From Squalus acanthias (Eukaryota): DNA of 64,000 nucleotides. Location of the stretch: positions 67,954,001 through 68,018,000 of the forward strand of contig CM059438.1 of the NCBI GenBank assembly GCA_030390025.1, in the 5' to 3' direction. A model generated the notes under the pieces. It did not search any database and was not told the DNA's origin. It was given only the letters and a program-made list of their open reading frames with translations. The translations under genes were made by a program, and so were the position numbers. Positions 38,796 through 51,670 of this stretch are shown here, in pieces (the stretch's first letter is position 1; every line of letters begins with the position of its first letter).

Positions 38796-39258
38796 TGTCA
38801 GCCGTGGCTCAGTTGGTAGCACTCTCGCCTCGGAGTCAGAAGGTTGTGGGTCCCGCTCCAGAGACTTGAGCGCAAAAATCTAGGCTGAGACTCCAGTGCA
38901 GTACTGAGGGAGCTCCGCTGCACTGTCGGACATGCCGTCTTTTGGATGAGACGTTAAACCGAAGCCCGTCTCCTCTCTCAGGCGGACCTAAAAGATCCCA
39001 GGGCACTGTTCGAAGAAGAGCAGGGAAGTTATTCCTGGTGTCCTGATCAATCTTTATCCTTCAATCAACATCACTAAAAACAGATTATCTGGTCATTATC
39101 GCATTGCTGTTTGTGGGAGCTTGCTGTGCGCAAATTGACTGCCGCGGTTCCCTACATTACAACAGTGACTACACTTCAAAAAGTATATAATTAGCTGTAA
39201 AGCGCTTTGGGATCTCCTGAGGTCGTATAAGGTGCTATATAAATGCAAGTCTTTCTTT
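38796..39258 (+). mobile_element. DeuSINE, full length
   Basis: Head, Deu core and tail. Confidence 0.88.
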
Positions 39259-40127
39259 ACTTTTTACATTCTTGTAATAGTATTTTTCTTTAAGATTTCC
39301 TATCCTCTCTTTAAGGCACTTTCTTTTTTTTGGTGGCGTTGGGTGAAGGTGGTATGTTGGCAAGGAGAATTCCCTGATCATTTTCAAGTTGTGCTATGGG
39401 ATTTCTTGCATCCCAGAGAGGACAGTCGGGGCCCCAGGTTTAACATCTCATCCGAAAGGCAACATCAGATACAAAACGCTTTCCCTCAGTACTGCACTGA
39501 AATGTCAGCTCTGGAATATGTGCTGAATCCATCGTGGGGTTTGAATCCAAGTTTCTGACTCGGGCTACAAACTGAGCCAAACTGACACTTTAAAAAAAAA
39601 CAAATATCAGGTAGAGTGTGTTTCAAAGCAGTAATGCCATTAAAACGCTGAAATGTAATTTTTGTCATAACATCATCTGAAGCCCTCAATATGTTTCTCC
39701 CTTGTGACTCTTGCATTACGTTATCCTATGTTTAACATATGTATTTCACTATTCATTGCAATTATCTACCTTTGGGTTGACATTCATTGTGCAATATGAG
39801 TAACAAATACGTTTGTTGCATAAACAGTTCAAGGCCTTTGTTGGAACTGCGGGCAAAATAAATGTCATGTGAATATTTCATTACTCTGATCACTCAGGAT
39901 GGTTCCAACCCACATGAAAGGGGTTTAAAGGGTGAAACTACAAACGTTTATCTAAATGTCATCTATCCATAAGCTGTTGGCTGTTTTGAAGATAATACAA
40001 TAGGAATTGTATATTAGCAACCAACTAAGGTATGATAATTTCTCCATTTCAGCAATTGCAGGAAACAATAGTAGGAAGTGTCCTTAGCGAGACTGAAGGT
40101 TGCTGAAGATCTAACTTCTACATTTAA

Positions 40128-40660
40128 GTGTCAGCCAGGCTCAGTTATTTGCACTCCTAACTCAAAGTCAGAATCAGCCATGATCTTATTGAATGGCGGG
40201 GCAGGCTCGAGGGGCCGAATAGAAACATAGAAACATAGAAGATAGGAGCAGGAGTAGGACATTCGGCCCCTCGAGCCTGTTCCGCCATTTAATGAGATCA
40301 TGGCTGATCATCCAAATTCAGTACCCTGTTCCTGCTTTCTCCCCATATCCCTTGATCCCTTTAGTCTTAAGAAATATATCTAACTCCTACTCCTGGCCTA
40401 CTCCTGCTCCTATTTCTTATGTTACTATGTTCTTCGAAGGTTGTGCGGTTTGAGCACATAATCCAGGCTGATGCTGCGGTACTGGGGGATGAGATGTTAA
40501 ACTGAGGCTGCTTCTTCTGGTCCAATCGTTCAGGTAGAAGTTGAAGATCATGTGGCAATATTGAAAGAAGAGCAGTGAGTTCTCCATGTTCTGGTCAACC
40601 AAAGCAATGTAAAACAGATGAGCTGGTCAATGATCTCATTGTTCACTGTGTGAAAGCTGG
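40128..40660 (+). mobile_element. Old DeuSINE interrupted by two nested, oppositely oriented CR1 3' ends (40174-40435)
   Basis: The SINE head stops at agtcagaa and resumes at gaaggttgt. The plus-strand CR1 tail is split at ccgaat|...|tggcctact by a minus-strand CR1 tail (40221-40393). Confidence 0.75.
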
Positions 40661-40679
40661 CTGCAGAGTTTACTCATAT

Positions 40680-40912
40680 AACAACAACAACACCTTTCAC
40701 TTACATGGTGTCTTTACTATAGTCAAACGTCCCAAGGTGCTTCACAGCAGCGTAATCAAACAAAATTTGATACCGGGCCGCACGAGGAGGCACCAGGACA
40801 GGTGACCAAAGGCTTGGTCAAAGAGGCAGGTTCCAAAAGAGGAGAGAGAGGCGGAGAGGCTCAAGGAGGGAACTCGAGAGCCCAGGGCCTAGGCAGCCGA
40901 AGGCACGGTCTC
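40680..40912 (-). mobile_element. L2 3' fragment
   Basis: (TTG)n tail; caggtgaccaaaggcttggtcaaagagg. Confidence 0.75.
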
Positions 40913-41989
40913 CAAGGAACTTGTGGATACACTTCAAGAAACAACTCATTGGAGAAACTTTAGTATATCCTTGGGAATGTGATGCAATATACAGTAAATG
41001 CAATTTCTTTCTTTTCTAATTCTGTTCAAGTCAAAATTTTCACAAAGACCACTGTTAATATCATATTCATTATGCACTTCAGCGCTCGGGAGTTAGATAT
41101 AACATATTTGCAATCAACTAAGCTTTCAATGGTGCACTCTTGAACCTTTTAACATGAGACTACTTGAAGTCACTCCCATAGGTGATCATTATAAACTGGC
41201 TTCAGTATATTCCTAAACTCAACAAATTAATCAGCTAACTTGTGAATGTTTTGAATCTTCATGCATTCAGTTATGGAGGCTCAGGAGGATTATACAGTGC
41301 ACTGGGAGGCACTGGCCATAAAGAGGGAAAAGTTCAGAGCTGAGAATCTGCTACAAAAAGGCCTGAGGACAGAGAGAAGGCTGCCAATGGCAGCTGATGC
41401 CACACTAAGTTTCCTAACAGCTGAAGTGATTCTCCATTGCTGAATAATTTTGGTTTGAGGCTCAGAAAAGCTTTAGCAGATGAAGGGAGGCTGCATCTGC
41501 CATTTCTGTTCAGGAATTATTCATCGATGAGGACTTTGGCATAATTACGTTACTGCTTTCAGTGTTGGCCTTTGTGATCCAGCATATCATGGTGAGAGAA
41601 AACTCAGTTTGGCTCCACAACAAAGTTTCTGAGCACTGCTGGATGAATATCTAATTTTCAATTTGCACGCGAGGTGTACTTGTGTGTTGCTGCTGCCAGT
41701 TCTGTTTCCTAACAGGGAGGAATGTCTACATAATCTGCCTACATGAAGAGTCCATTGACCACATCTAAAAAGTATTGTGAAATAAATGAATTTTAGAGTG
41801 ATAAGCGCAAAGAAACTTTAATATTGCTGCCCAGAATTTAGCAGAGCCATAGTCTAGAGAAGACAATAACCTTGAGTGAATTGCTCCACTTCCTGTTGTA
41901 TCTGATGCGATTGGCCCCCATTGGGTGTCCGTCCAACAGAAGTAGGTGCCCTCCCCTCTCCTCCTCCCTTTCCCTGCCCCTACACTTGC

Positions 41990-42155
41990 TTAAAAACCTG
42001 TTACAGCTCCAACTTTTTCCAGTTCTGACGAAGGGTCATTGACCTGAAACGTTAACTCTATTTCTCTCTCCACAGATGCTGCCTGACCTGCTGAGTGTTT
42101 CCCGCATTTTCTGTTTTTATTTCAGATTTCCAGCATCCGCAGTATTTTGCTTTTG
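41990..42155 (+). mobile_element. Penelope-like terminal-repeat fragment with the best-preserved minimal hammerhead motif (42021-42057)
   Basis: AGTT-CTGACGA-A-GGGTC att GACCT-GAAA-CGTT-AACT. Confidence 0.65.
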
Positions 42156-42545
42156 CAGAAGTAGGTGCTTGTTTCCTGTATATCCAATCTCAGGACCAGG
42201 AAACGTTGGATTCTGGATGCAGTCAGAGGTGTAGAGTTCATCTGGTTAAGATTACAGTGTGCACCCATTGCCAAAGCCAAGCTTTCATTATAGAAGTGCC
42301 TTAAAATTACCGATCCTCGAGAAAGATTTCAGATTGGAATGATTATTTTTGTCCCTATAGACTGGTGGTTTGGAATTTAGAGCTCAATGAACGATTGATA
42401 AGGAACAGGATTGGAACGAGGATAAATTATAAGGGTACAGACATGAAATTCATACATAGTGACAGGAGAACCAGGTCAAGAAAAGACCATCTCACCTGGA
42501 CATGGTGCAACCGAGTAAACATTTGACCAACCCCATTAACATACG

Positions 42546-43311
42546 GGCCCAGAAATTTGACTCGGAGGCTTGCTGCGGGGGTAAGGATCGCGCGCGATAT
42601 CATCTACCGCGTCTGCCGTCCTTGTTTGCCCCCGCAGGAACTTCAGGTCCTGGGCCTCTCCCAACTGCCAGCGCGCAGTGCTTGCGTGTCCCAGGGGCGC
42701 AGTTAGTGCGATGCGACTCCTGGGATCACGTGGGCCATGGAGAGCCAATGGCAGCAGACCATCTTTCATTCATAGGTTTGACAGGAGACCTGTCAAACCT
42801 GTCAAATCTGTGAATTGAAAGAGGCCCCAAAAGAACAGCTAAACCTCAAATAATTTTTTTAAAAAACCATCACATTAATAAAATAACTATAGTTAAATAA
42901 ATTAACCACTTTAAACAAAAATTTAAATTTTTGAAATTTTTTTTTTTAAAGTTATGAAAATAAACTTACCTTTCTTTAAAGTCTCTAAAAAAGATAAACC
43001 TGTTGAAAAAAATTAAAAATTATACTTAATTAACTACTTACCTTGTTCAAAAGGGGTCTTACGCCTCCTTTTTACTTGTGTAGAATCTTCCATACTTACC
43101 CTCGCGTTGAAACCTGAAAAAAAACCTAAGTGTGCTGCGTGCGCGCAGCCTCTACCGCGCACGCGGTTCACCTAGGAACCGCCCCCTTCGCCATACCGGA
43201 AGTGCCGGCTTCCCACGCATGCGCAGTGCATGCAGGAAACCAGCACTTCGGGAACGAATATGGGTGAGTACGCACTGAGTACTCACCTGAGAATGGCCGA
43301 ATTTTTGGGCC
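42546..43311. mobile_element. Harbinger-type MITE family M1, copy 1
   Basis: TIR GGCCCAGAAATT ... AATTTTTGGGCC; flanks ACG/ACA; reverse complement of 51817-52568. Confidence 0.85.
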
Positions 43312-44673
43312 ACAATCTCCAAATAAAACATACCCAATTCACGAGTTCCTTTCTGACTCCCTAAGGTACTCAAGCAAGATTCCAAGAGACTGCAATAGGC
43401 CCATTACTTATCATCATCCCAACTCGTTGGCAATTTACCCTTTAGAACTGGAAATGTCCTTTTCACACAGGAACTTACTGAGTTCCCTTTTAAAGGACTG
43501 CAGCAGATCCATGGCCATGGAATGTTTAGGCAGTCTATTCCAGAGGGACATCACTTTCAGAAAAGAGCATGCTTTTTGGCATCTAACCTAACTCATTGCC
43601 TATGGATTTTATATGCTTGCATTTTGCTATAACCATCTTTATCCATCTCAAATAATGCATCTAACTGGAATAAGTTGAATCCCTTCATAATTTAAAAAAC
43701 ATCAATCATTTCACTGTTAAGCCTGTGTTTTTCTAAAGTAAAAGGCCCTTAGAGCCTATCTTCATTACTAAGCGCTCTTAGCTAGGTATCATTCTGGTCA
43801 CAGTCTTTTTTATTCATTCACAGGATGTGGGCATTGCTGGCAAGGCCAGCATTTATTGCCCATCCTATTTGCCCTTAACTGAGTGGTTTATCATTTCAGA
43901 GGGCAGTTAAGAGTCAACCACGTTGCTGTGGGTCTGGAGTCACATATAGGCCAGACCGGGTAAGGACGGCAGATTTCCTTCCCTAAAGAACATTAGTGAA
44001 CCAGATATGGCAACAGTATTCCAAACGGACCAAAGCCTCATGTAGCCTGAGTATAGTACTCTTCAGTTTTATAATCAAATGTTTTGTAGCATATAATGGT
44101 TCCTGAGTTTTGGGGATTTTGGGAGTGTAGGATTTCAAATTAGAGAGATATTTGAGAGGCAGGCAGAAACGTCTGAAGGACCTTTCCTTATGATGAAGGG
44201 ATTGGATGGAATCCATGATTGCTGGTCTGTGGGGAAAAAAACAGGCTCCATTGCTGTAAACTCTTGTTGTAAAAATTCATCTGATAAACGAAAGTCTGAT
44301 ACTTAATCGGCTCCAGCAGGTCTGAAGGAAAGTGACACTTAAAAGGTCATTACCTGTTGACTTAACTTGGTTGTGTTGTGGAAACATTGTAAAAGACCAC
44401 ACAGCAGAGGATAGATCACCACAGCAACAAGAACGAGTCCAGGCCGGCTGGAGATCATTTGAACACCTGCATATGTTATGTTGTGGACATCGAGTGTCAA
44501 TCAGTCGTGGGTTGTATTTCTAGGAACGTATTGTTGACAAGCCACTGCCCAAGAGGTGTGGTTCAATGTTAAAAATGTCTTTTAAAGATGGGCAGAATTC
44601 AAGAGTATGAAAGAGACGCAGCTCCACCGCGTCTGCTCCAACCGGTTCCTTGCGGCGCCACTTCACCTGGTGT

Positions 44674-45141
44674 CTTCCTGACTGCTCGCTGCCTCACAGC
44701 TTCCTGACTGCTCGCTACCTCACAGCTTCCTGTCTGCTCGCTGCCTCACAGCTTCCTGACTGCTCGCTACCTCACAGCTTCCTGTCTGCTCGCTGCCTCA
44801 CAGCTTCCTGTCTGTTCGCTGCCTCACAGCTTCCTGTCTGCTCGCTACCTCACAGCTTCCTGTCTGCTCGCTACCTCACAGCTTCCTGTCTGCTCGCTAC
44901 CTCACAGCTTCCTGTCTGCTCGCTACCTCACAGCTTCCTGACTGCTCGCTACCTCACAGCTTCCTGACTGCTCGCTACCTCACAGGTTCCTGACTGCTCG
45001 CTACCTCACAGCTTCCTGACTGCTCGCTACCTCACAGCTTCCTGCCTGCTCGCTACCTCACAGGTTCCTGACTGCTCGCTACCTCACAGCTTCCTGACTG
45101 CTCGCTACCTCACAGCTTCCTGACTGCTCGCTACCTCACAG
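44674..45141. repeat. Minisatellite, 18 x 26 bp (CTTCCTGACTGCTCGCTACCTCACAG)
   Basis: 468 bp equals 18 units, with few variant positions. Confidence 0.95.
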
Positions 45142-45701
45142 GTTCATGCCTCGATGCAGGCTTACAGATTGCCTGTGAAGCAGATTACCTGGCTACAAGA
45201 GGAAGCCACGCTATACTTTAACGGTGTCCATCCAAATACTTGGAACCCTCCCGACAAGTTTGAGCCAACTATGCGTATATAACTTTTATTCTGGGGTTAG
45301 TCTAAGATAGACATTTCAAAAGGTTATGCATTTTGGGAATTCAGAAGGTGTTATATTGTTGTGAAAACAATTCTAATTTGTGCATAAAACCAAGGTCTTG
45401 TTTAAATTCTAATGTCAATTTTCTGGTACATTAATAATAAATGGTTATTTCCCTTCTAAAGCCATAGTTTGTGCCTGAACTTTAGGAAACAGAGCCCATT
45501 AAGTTAAAAATAAAATTAAATCTCTTTATGGAGATAAAAAGACGATTTCCCCAAATTAAAGTGTAAAATCAATTTGCACCTTTTTGCTCCAACACTCATG
45601 TTTTCAGCTTGTTTCAGAGTTTTTTTAATCCAAGATTGAACGAAAAGCAAAACTGTTATCACAGTTTAAAGCTAACATTTTTTTTGTGTTTGAAAGGTTA
45701 C

Positions 45702-45773
45702 TGGTTCAGGAGGGATTGAACTTAGGACCCTCGATGTGTAAAGCAGATGTGATAACCACTACACCAGTCGTAA
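45702..45773 (-). pseudogene. tRNA-Val(TAC) pseudogene
   Basis: Minus strand tggtgtagtggttatcacatctgctTTACACatcgagggtcctaagttcaatccctcctgaacca aligns with vertebrate tRNA-Val-TAC; the acceptor and anticodon stems are broken. Confidence 0.75.
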
Positions 45774-46832
45774 AGGCGGCATTATACAGACAGCGTTCAG
45801 GAGTTCAGCTTTTGCTAACAGACCCCATCTTGCAGTGCTGCCTGTTACTAATTGGAAACTTGTCAGATCCTGATTGTTAAAAGAATGCTCTAAATTACAT
45901 ACTCAGACTGACAGGAAACATTGGCACTTACTGAACTGAAAGAACACTTATATATGTTCTTTCTACATTATTAAAATTACCGTTTCTCATTCCAAGCCTT
46001 ATGTTCCTAAAATGGCACCAGTATCATTCAGAATGTCTTTCTTATTACATTCTGTCACATTGGCGCCGCCACTCAAAATGCCATCAGTGTTCTTGCAAAT
46101 GATCTTAAAAGGAATAAAGCAGACATTGAGGCTACACAAAAAAATGGTCGGTTCTGTTGTCAGTGTGAGACACTGCATTGGTGTGATTATCCTTGTTGCC
46201 ACCTGTCTCCTTCTCCTCTCCCGCCTCAGAATTCCTGAGGTAGGCTGAATAGCGGGAACAGGACATGCATGCTGACAGGCATTGCGACATAAATGGTCAT
46301 GGACGACCCTGCACTTAGAGCAGGATTTTTCACTTTGGATGTTGCCAAAATGGATCATTACAAAGTGTTGTCTTTTTTTTTAATCAATTAGGAACCATTA
46401 GCCCCTGGAGCCTGCTCTGCCATTCAATTAGATCGTGGCTGACCTGCACCTCAACTCCATCTACTCGGCTTTGCTCCCTACCCCTCGATGCCCTTGCCTG
46501 ACAGAAATGTATCTCCCTCAGGCTTGAAAGCTCCAATTGTCCCAGCATCCACAGCCTTTTAGGGGAGAGAGTTCCAGATTTCTATTACCCCTAGACTGCA
46601 AACATTGTCCTGGCCCATTGCAAGGAAGAGAGTTGCACAGGTTAATAGAAACAAAACAGTGAAAACATTTTTGAACAATGCAGTGCACCATTTGCATATT
46701 TTGAAAGGAAACAGATCAATTAGCTACATTTTATGAGCAAAATGTTACGTTGACTTTACATTAAAAAGGATTAAAATGTATTCAATATATTAAATATAAA
46801 CTTCCCCTAGTGGGTGAAGGTATTCTCTAGAG

Positions 46833-47474
46833 CAGGGGTTCTCATCTGGTAGGGGTCCGCGAGAAGATCTCAAGGGGTCCGCCAGAGAATGGCTGGTTTT
46901 TTGGGGTGGGGTCTATCTGGGGAAGACTACGGCTGGGGGCGGGCCCTTGGTCGGGTTGAGGGACCGATCGCAGGGGAGGTTGCAGTCAGACAGGGACGGA
47001 GCAGCTCAGGGTCCTGTGGAACGGCGTCAGGTAAGTGCAGGCTGGGGTCAGTGCGAGTTTTACTGGGGTGTGTGAGCGTCCCTGGTTGCCCCCAGGTCAT
47101 CTGACTGACTTCATTGGGCTGGGTGCTGGTTACTGAGTCTGGGCCCCAGGCCCCAGGCCCCGGCTTGGTAATCCACTGAAACCGTTACGGGGAGGATCCG
47201 CTCAGCAGTGCAGCCGTTCCTTGGCCTGTCTGGAGGTGCTGGGCCCGCAGCGTTTCCAGAACCTTCCATTCTCATTTAAGCCCAGTAACTGAATGTGACT
47301 GGAACTCAGAACCAAACCCCTCCCACCCACACAGACTGTGGGGCAATGTTCCCCCCTCACTCCTAATTTCTATAGAGAAAAAATACTTGTGTTTTGTTAC
47401 GGGGGTCCGCGGAATTTTTATAACACGGGAGGGGAGCCTCAGAAGCTAAGAGGTTGGGAACCTGGGAACCCCTG
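46833..47474. mobile_element. Non-autonomous hAT (Charlie-type) transposon
   Basis: TIR CAGGGGTTC ... GAACCCCTG; 8-bp TSD CTCTAGAG/CTCCAGAG (Charlie-type NTCTAGAN target); subterminal GGGGTCCGC repeats. Confidence 0.88.
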
Positions 47475-48832
47475 CTCCAGAGCTCTCAGCTGCACAGAGT
47501 TGAAATTCCTCGGTGGGTAGTTTTTAGCATATGGGTTAGCACATAAGTGACAAGTTCATGTGTGTGCCATTGTAACAACACTATTGACCCTCCACACACA
47601 AACCTTGACCTTGAGGAAGTTTCAGGTTTGATTCCCAAGCCTGACTGAGCTGATGTTAGCTCGGGCAGCAGCTGGACCATTCCAGTTGGCCTCAGTTCAG
47701 CCAGGGTTTCTACCGCTGATTGATATCCAGCACCTCCTGGAAAGGCTGGATCTATGGGCGTTGGGTGAGTACAGGACTGGGCTTGGCTGTGATCCTTTCC
47801 AGAGTTGAGCAGTCTGCTGACACTCGGCGTGCAGGTTCACTCGTGAAAATTGGACATTTGGGGAAGGTAGCAGAAGGCTGCTCGCACCCACGGAACTACT
47901 CCACAACAAGAGGCAGCAACTTCCGGCAGGGCGAAAATTGGGGGGGAAAAAACCCAAGTATATAATCAGTGGAAATGTCAGGGAATGGAGCTCAAGGAAG
48001 GAAGAAGGACTTGCATTTATGTAGCACCTTTCACGACCACCGGACATCCCAAAGCGCTTTACAACCAATGAAGTACTTTTTGAAGTATAGCCACTGCTGT
48101 AATGCACGCAATGGCAAGGCATTTCGGAATCTAAAGTGTTACTGTGGCAATTAGGCCTCGCAAATACTGAGACTAAACAAACATAGCTCAAAGGAAGTGT
48201 CATTGTATGTTAGTGCATATTGCTGTCTTCTTTGATATGTGTAAATTTTCGCAGATTCCTTCAGGCACAGTCAAAGAGACAGCATCAAACTTTAAATACT
48301 GAGATAATGAAACCAGTAATCACTTCACAGATCCTATCAGGGCATCCGTGTGATTAAATTCAAATTGCCAATGAATAATTAAAAGGTTATTTTCACAAAG
48401 TGTGTTACCATAGTCTGTTGGCTTTTGTCTTGCTCCTGAAGAGTGGCCCCTCTGGGAGTGCACATTTACTCTTTGCTGGCTGATGGGCTACTAATTACAC
48501 ATGTGGAATAGCACCAAACACACCAAGAGGAATGGATTAAGCCTGCTGGCTCCCCTTGAATCCTTGGAACGGCATTTCACGTTACAGTCTCACCGCTTAT
48601 AGCGGGCACGTTGGTGCTCACGCGATTTGCCCGCTGTAGGCGTTGGAGGGTTGATCCCCTGCAACACGCGCGATGTTCAGAAACAAGAACTGATGTATCA
48701 ATAAAATAGATTTAATGCTAAAATGTCGACAGCTACGTATCAACAACAAAAAAATCATTTGTCAAGGTTTAGCTATTCCTCTGTAGAAGTACGTAATGAT
48801 TTTGGATATTTTAGTGTATTTCTTAGGTGTAG

Positions 48833-48908
48833 GTCACCTGTGGACTCATTTTTAATGTGGAAGCAAGTCATCTTCGGTTCCGAGGGACTGCCTAAGAGAG
48901 AGAGAAGA
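48833..48908 (+). mobile_element. Very short 5'-truncated LINE 3' end (RTE-like)
   Basis: 17-bp TSD GTATTTCTTAGGTGTAG (48816-48832 / 48909-48925); ends gagggactgcctaa plus a (GA)n tail. Confidence 0.7.
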
Positions 48909-49626
48909 GTATTTCTTAGGTGTAGTCAGAAAGCTGAAAAATAAGTGATAATCAGTGAAGTACAGCTGTAAGAATAGGTGCTTGCGGTCGCACTACAGTA
49001 CATTGCAGATAAAAGATTGTCATTTAATCACTCCTGCCCGCTGCCCTATCACAGACCCCTTCCTTTTGTTCTTTGCCTGCCTTTTCCCTGGCTCTGTACT
49101 TGTGTTCATCTCTAACATCTTCCAGTTCCAACGATTAAGAAGGAACGGCTAAATTTTCCAATACCTTCAGTGTTCAAGAGAAATTATATTCAACACAACA
49201 ATTGTGATTCTCTTCTTCACCTTCCTCTGAAGGAATCAAATTTACATTGGTGCAATAAAAACAGAAAATGCTGGAAACGCTCAGCGGGCAGCATCTGTGG
49301 AGACAGGAGGGCAGATTTGCTTTTTTGTTTTATTGATGAAAGATTGTCTGCCGGCTACTTTAGATCTTGTCGAGGTGCTATTTGCTTTGTTATTGGAGTC
49401 TGTGCTGAGTATCGCAAGCTGTAACCCACCACCAGTTAGAGGTGATTAAGTATATATGGCAATTGTACCTTAACGAGGTGTGAACTACTGAGCAAACACT
49501 TAACTTTGTTACGCTAGCGCCAACTTTATAATTGGCTATAATTGATGTGGAAAATGGTTAGTACGTTTTGGTCGATTTAACCCATTACCCAATTTAAATG
49601 TTCGTGGTTTAAATGATGGTTTCAGG

Positions 49627-50088
49627 TGTCAGCCAGTGGCTCAGTTGGTAGCGCACTCACCTCTGAGTCAGAAGGTTGTGGGTTCAAGGCCCACTCCAGA
49701 GTCTTGAACACAAAATCTAGGCTGACACTCCAGTGCAGTACTGAGGGAGTGCTGCACTGTCGGAGGTGCCGTCTTTTGGATGGGATGTTAAACTGAGGCC
49801 TCGTCTGCTCTCTCAGGTGGATTTAAAAGATCCCATGTCACTATTTCAAAGAAGAGCAAGCAAGGGTAGTTCTCCCCGGCCAACGTTTATTCCTCAATCA
49901 ACACCCAAAACAGATTATTTGGTCATTACGACATTGCTGTTTGTGGGAGCTTGCTGTGCTCAAATTGGATGCTGCGTTTCCTACATTACAACAATAACTC
50001 CACTTCATAAAGTACTTCATTGGCTGTCAGGCGCTTTAGGGTGCCCTGAGGCTGTGAAAGGCGCTATATGAATGTATGTTCTTTCTTT
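49627..50088 (+). mobile_element. DeuSINE, full length
   Basis: A/B boxes, Deu core and tail. Confidence 0.88.
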
Positions 50089-50519
50089 TTGAGGACTGCA
50101 GCACAATTATTATAATAATAGCTAGTGGGTGTATAAAGACCATCCTTAGGGAATTTGGAGTGGAATGGCACCAAGGCACTGTGTTGTCCCGATCCAAGGT
50201 CACTGGATAAGAGTGATTGGCAGTAAGCACTTTGCCAAAGCTGAGTTTGTAGTCCATCAAAAAAAATTACTTGTAATCTCAGATGCGAGGTCATTAGTAC
50301 CAAGACATGAATGATGAGCTGTCCTGGTAAACACTGAAGTAAGTCTCCATTGCATTTATTTGCATTTTCATTATTCAAGCAGTTAATTAACGGGTTTGAG
50401 TTGTTTATTCAAACAAGGCCCACTCGTGCCAAGTCTCAGCTGCCTGTGAGAGACAGATTTTAGCAAGAAAAAAGTAGAATGCCACAAGCGTGCAGCAGAT
50501 ATGTGGTCATTTTTAAAAA

Positions 50520-50790
50520 TTCATTCATGGGATGTGGGCGTCACCGGCAAGGCCAGCATTTATTGCCCATCCCTAATTGCCCTCGAGAAGGTGGGGGTGA
50601 GCCGCCTTCTTAAATACAACTGAATGGCTTGCTAGGCCATTTCAGAGGGCAGTTAAGAGTAAGCCACACTGCTGTGGGTCTGGAGTCACATATAGGCCAG
50701 ACCGGGTAAGGGCGGCAGATTTCCTTCCCTAAAGGGCATTAGTGAACCAGATGGGTTTTTACGACAATCCAGTAGTTTCATGGTCACCAT
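50520..50790 (-). mobile_element. LINE family B derived fragment (similar pieces at 43810-44005, 55545-55770, 58775-58870, 59245-59351)
   Basis: gggatgtgggcgtc...aaggccagcatttattgcccatccctaattgccc motif. Confidence 0.7.
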
Positions 50791-51069
50791 CAGGCAATGA
50801 AATGCATTTACAAGCATTGGGGTGAGGCAAGAGATGCACAGCAAAACTGATCCCAATTATCAGGAAAAACTGGAGTCTCAAAAGTAGGCAGTTAAAAGGA
50901 CAATTAAATGAGACATAAAATATATCAAATTAGAAAAATAAGGTAAACCAAAATATTGCTTTAAATTATGTCATGAGACGAGGACCAGATGACATAAATT
51001 TGCATTGAAAAAAACTACATTGAAAATGGATAAAGAAAAATGTAATTACTCAGAGTGATAAATGTTTGC

Positions 51070-51670
51070 CTACAAGAGCAGGTCGGAGGCTGGGTATTCT
51101 GCGTCGAGTGTTTCACCTCCTGACTCCCAAAAGCCTTTCCACCATCTACAAAGCACAAGTCAGGAGTGTGATGGAATTCTCTCCACTTGCCTGGATGAGT
51201 GCAGCTCCAACAATACTCAAGAAACTCGACACCATCCAGGACAAAGCAGCCCGCTTGATTGGCACCCCATCCACCACCTTAAACATTCACTCCCTCCACC
51301 ACCAGCGTACCATGGCTGCAGTGTGTATCATCTACAAGATACACTGCAGCAACTCGCCAAGGCTTCTTCGGCAGTACCTCCCAAACCCGCAACCTCTACC
51401 ACCCAGAAGGACAAAGGCAGCAGGCACGTGGGAACACCATCACATCCAAGTTCCCCTCCAAGTTACACAAAATCCTGACTTGGAAATATATCGCCATTCC
51501 TTCATCATCGCAGGGTCAAAATCCTGGAACTCCCTTCCTAACAGCACTGTGGGAGTACCTTCACCAGATGGACTGCAGCAGTTCAAGAAGTCGATTCACC
51601 ATCACCTTCTCAAGGGCAATTAAGGATGGGTAATAAATGCTGGCCTTGCCAGCGACGCCCACATCCCAGG
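51070..51670 (+). mobile_element. LINE family B 3' fragment
   Basis: ORF 51066..51623 IYKAQVRSVME...LDTIQDKAARLI...HHHLLKGN. Confidence 0.88.

Noticed and set aside
44674..45141. CRISPR-like array
   Set aside because: Units are contiguous with no unique spacers, there are no cas genes, and the context is eukaryotic.
45981..46250. Possible host exon and overlapping 78-119 aa ORFs
   Set aside because: No recognisable protein, and the splice-bounded segment is closed in all frames.
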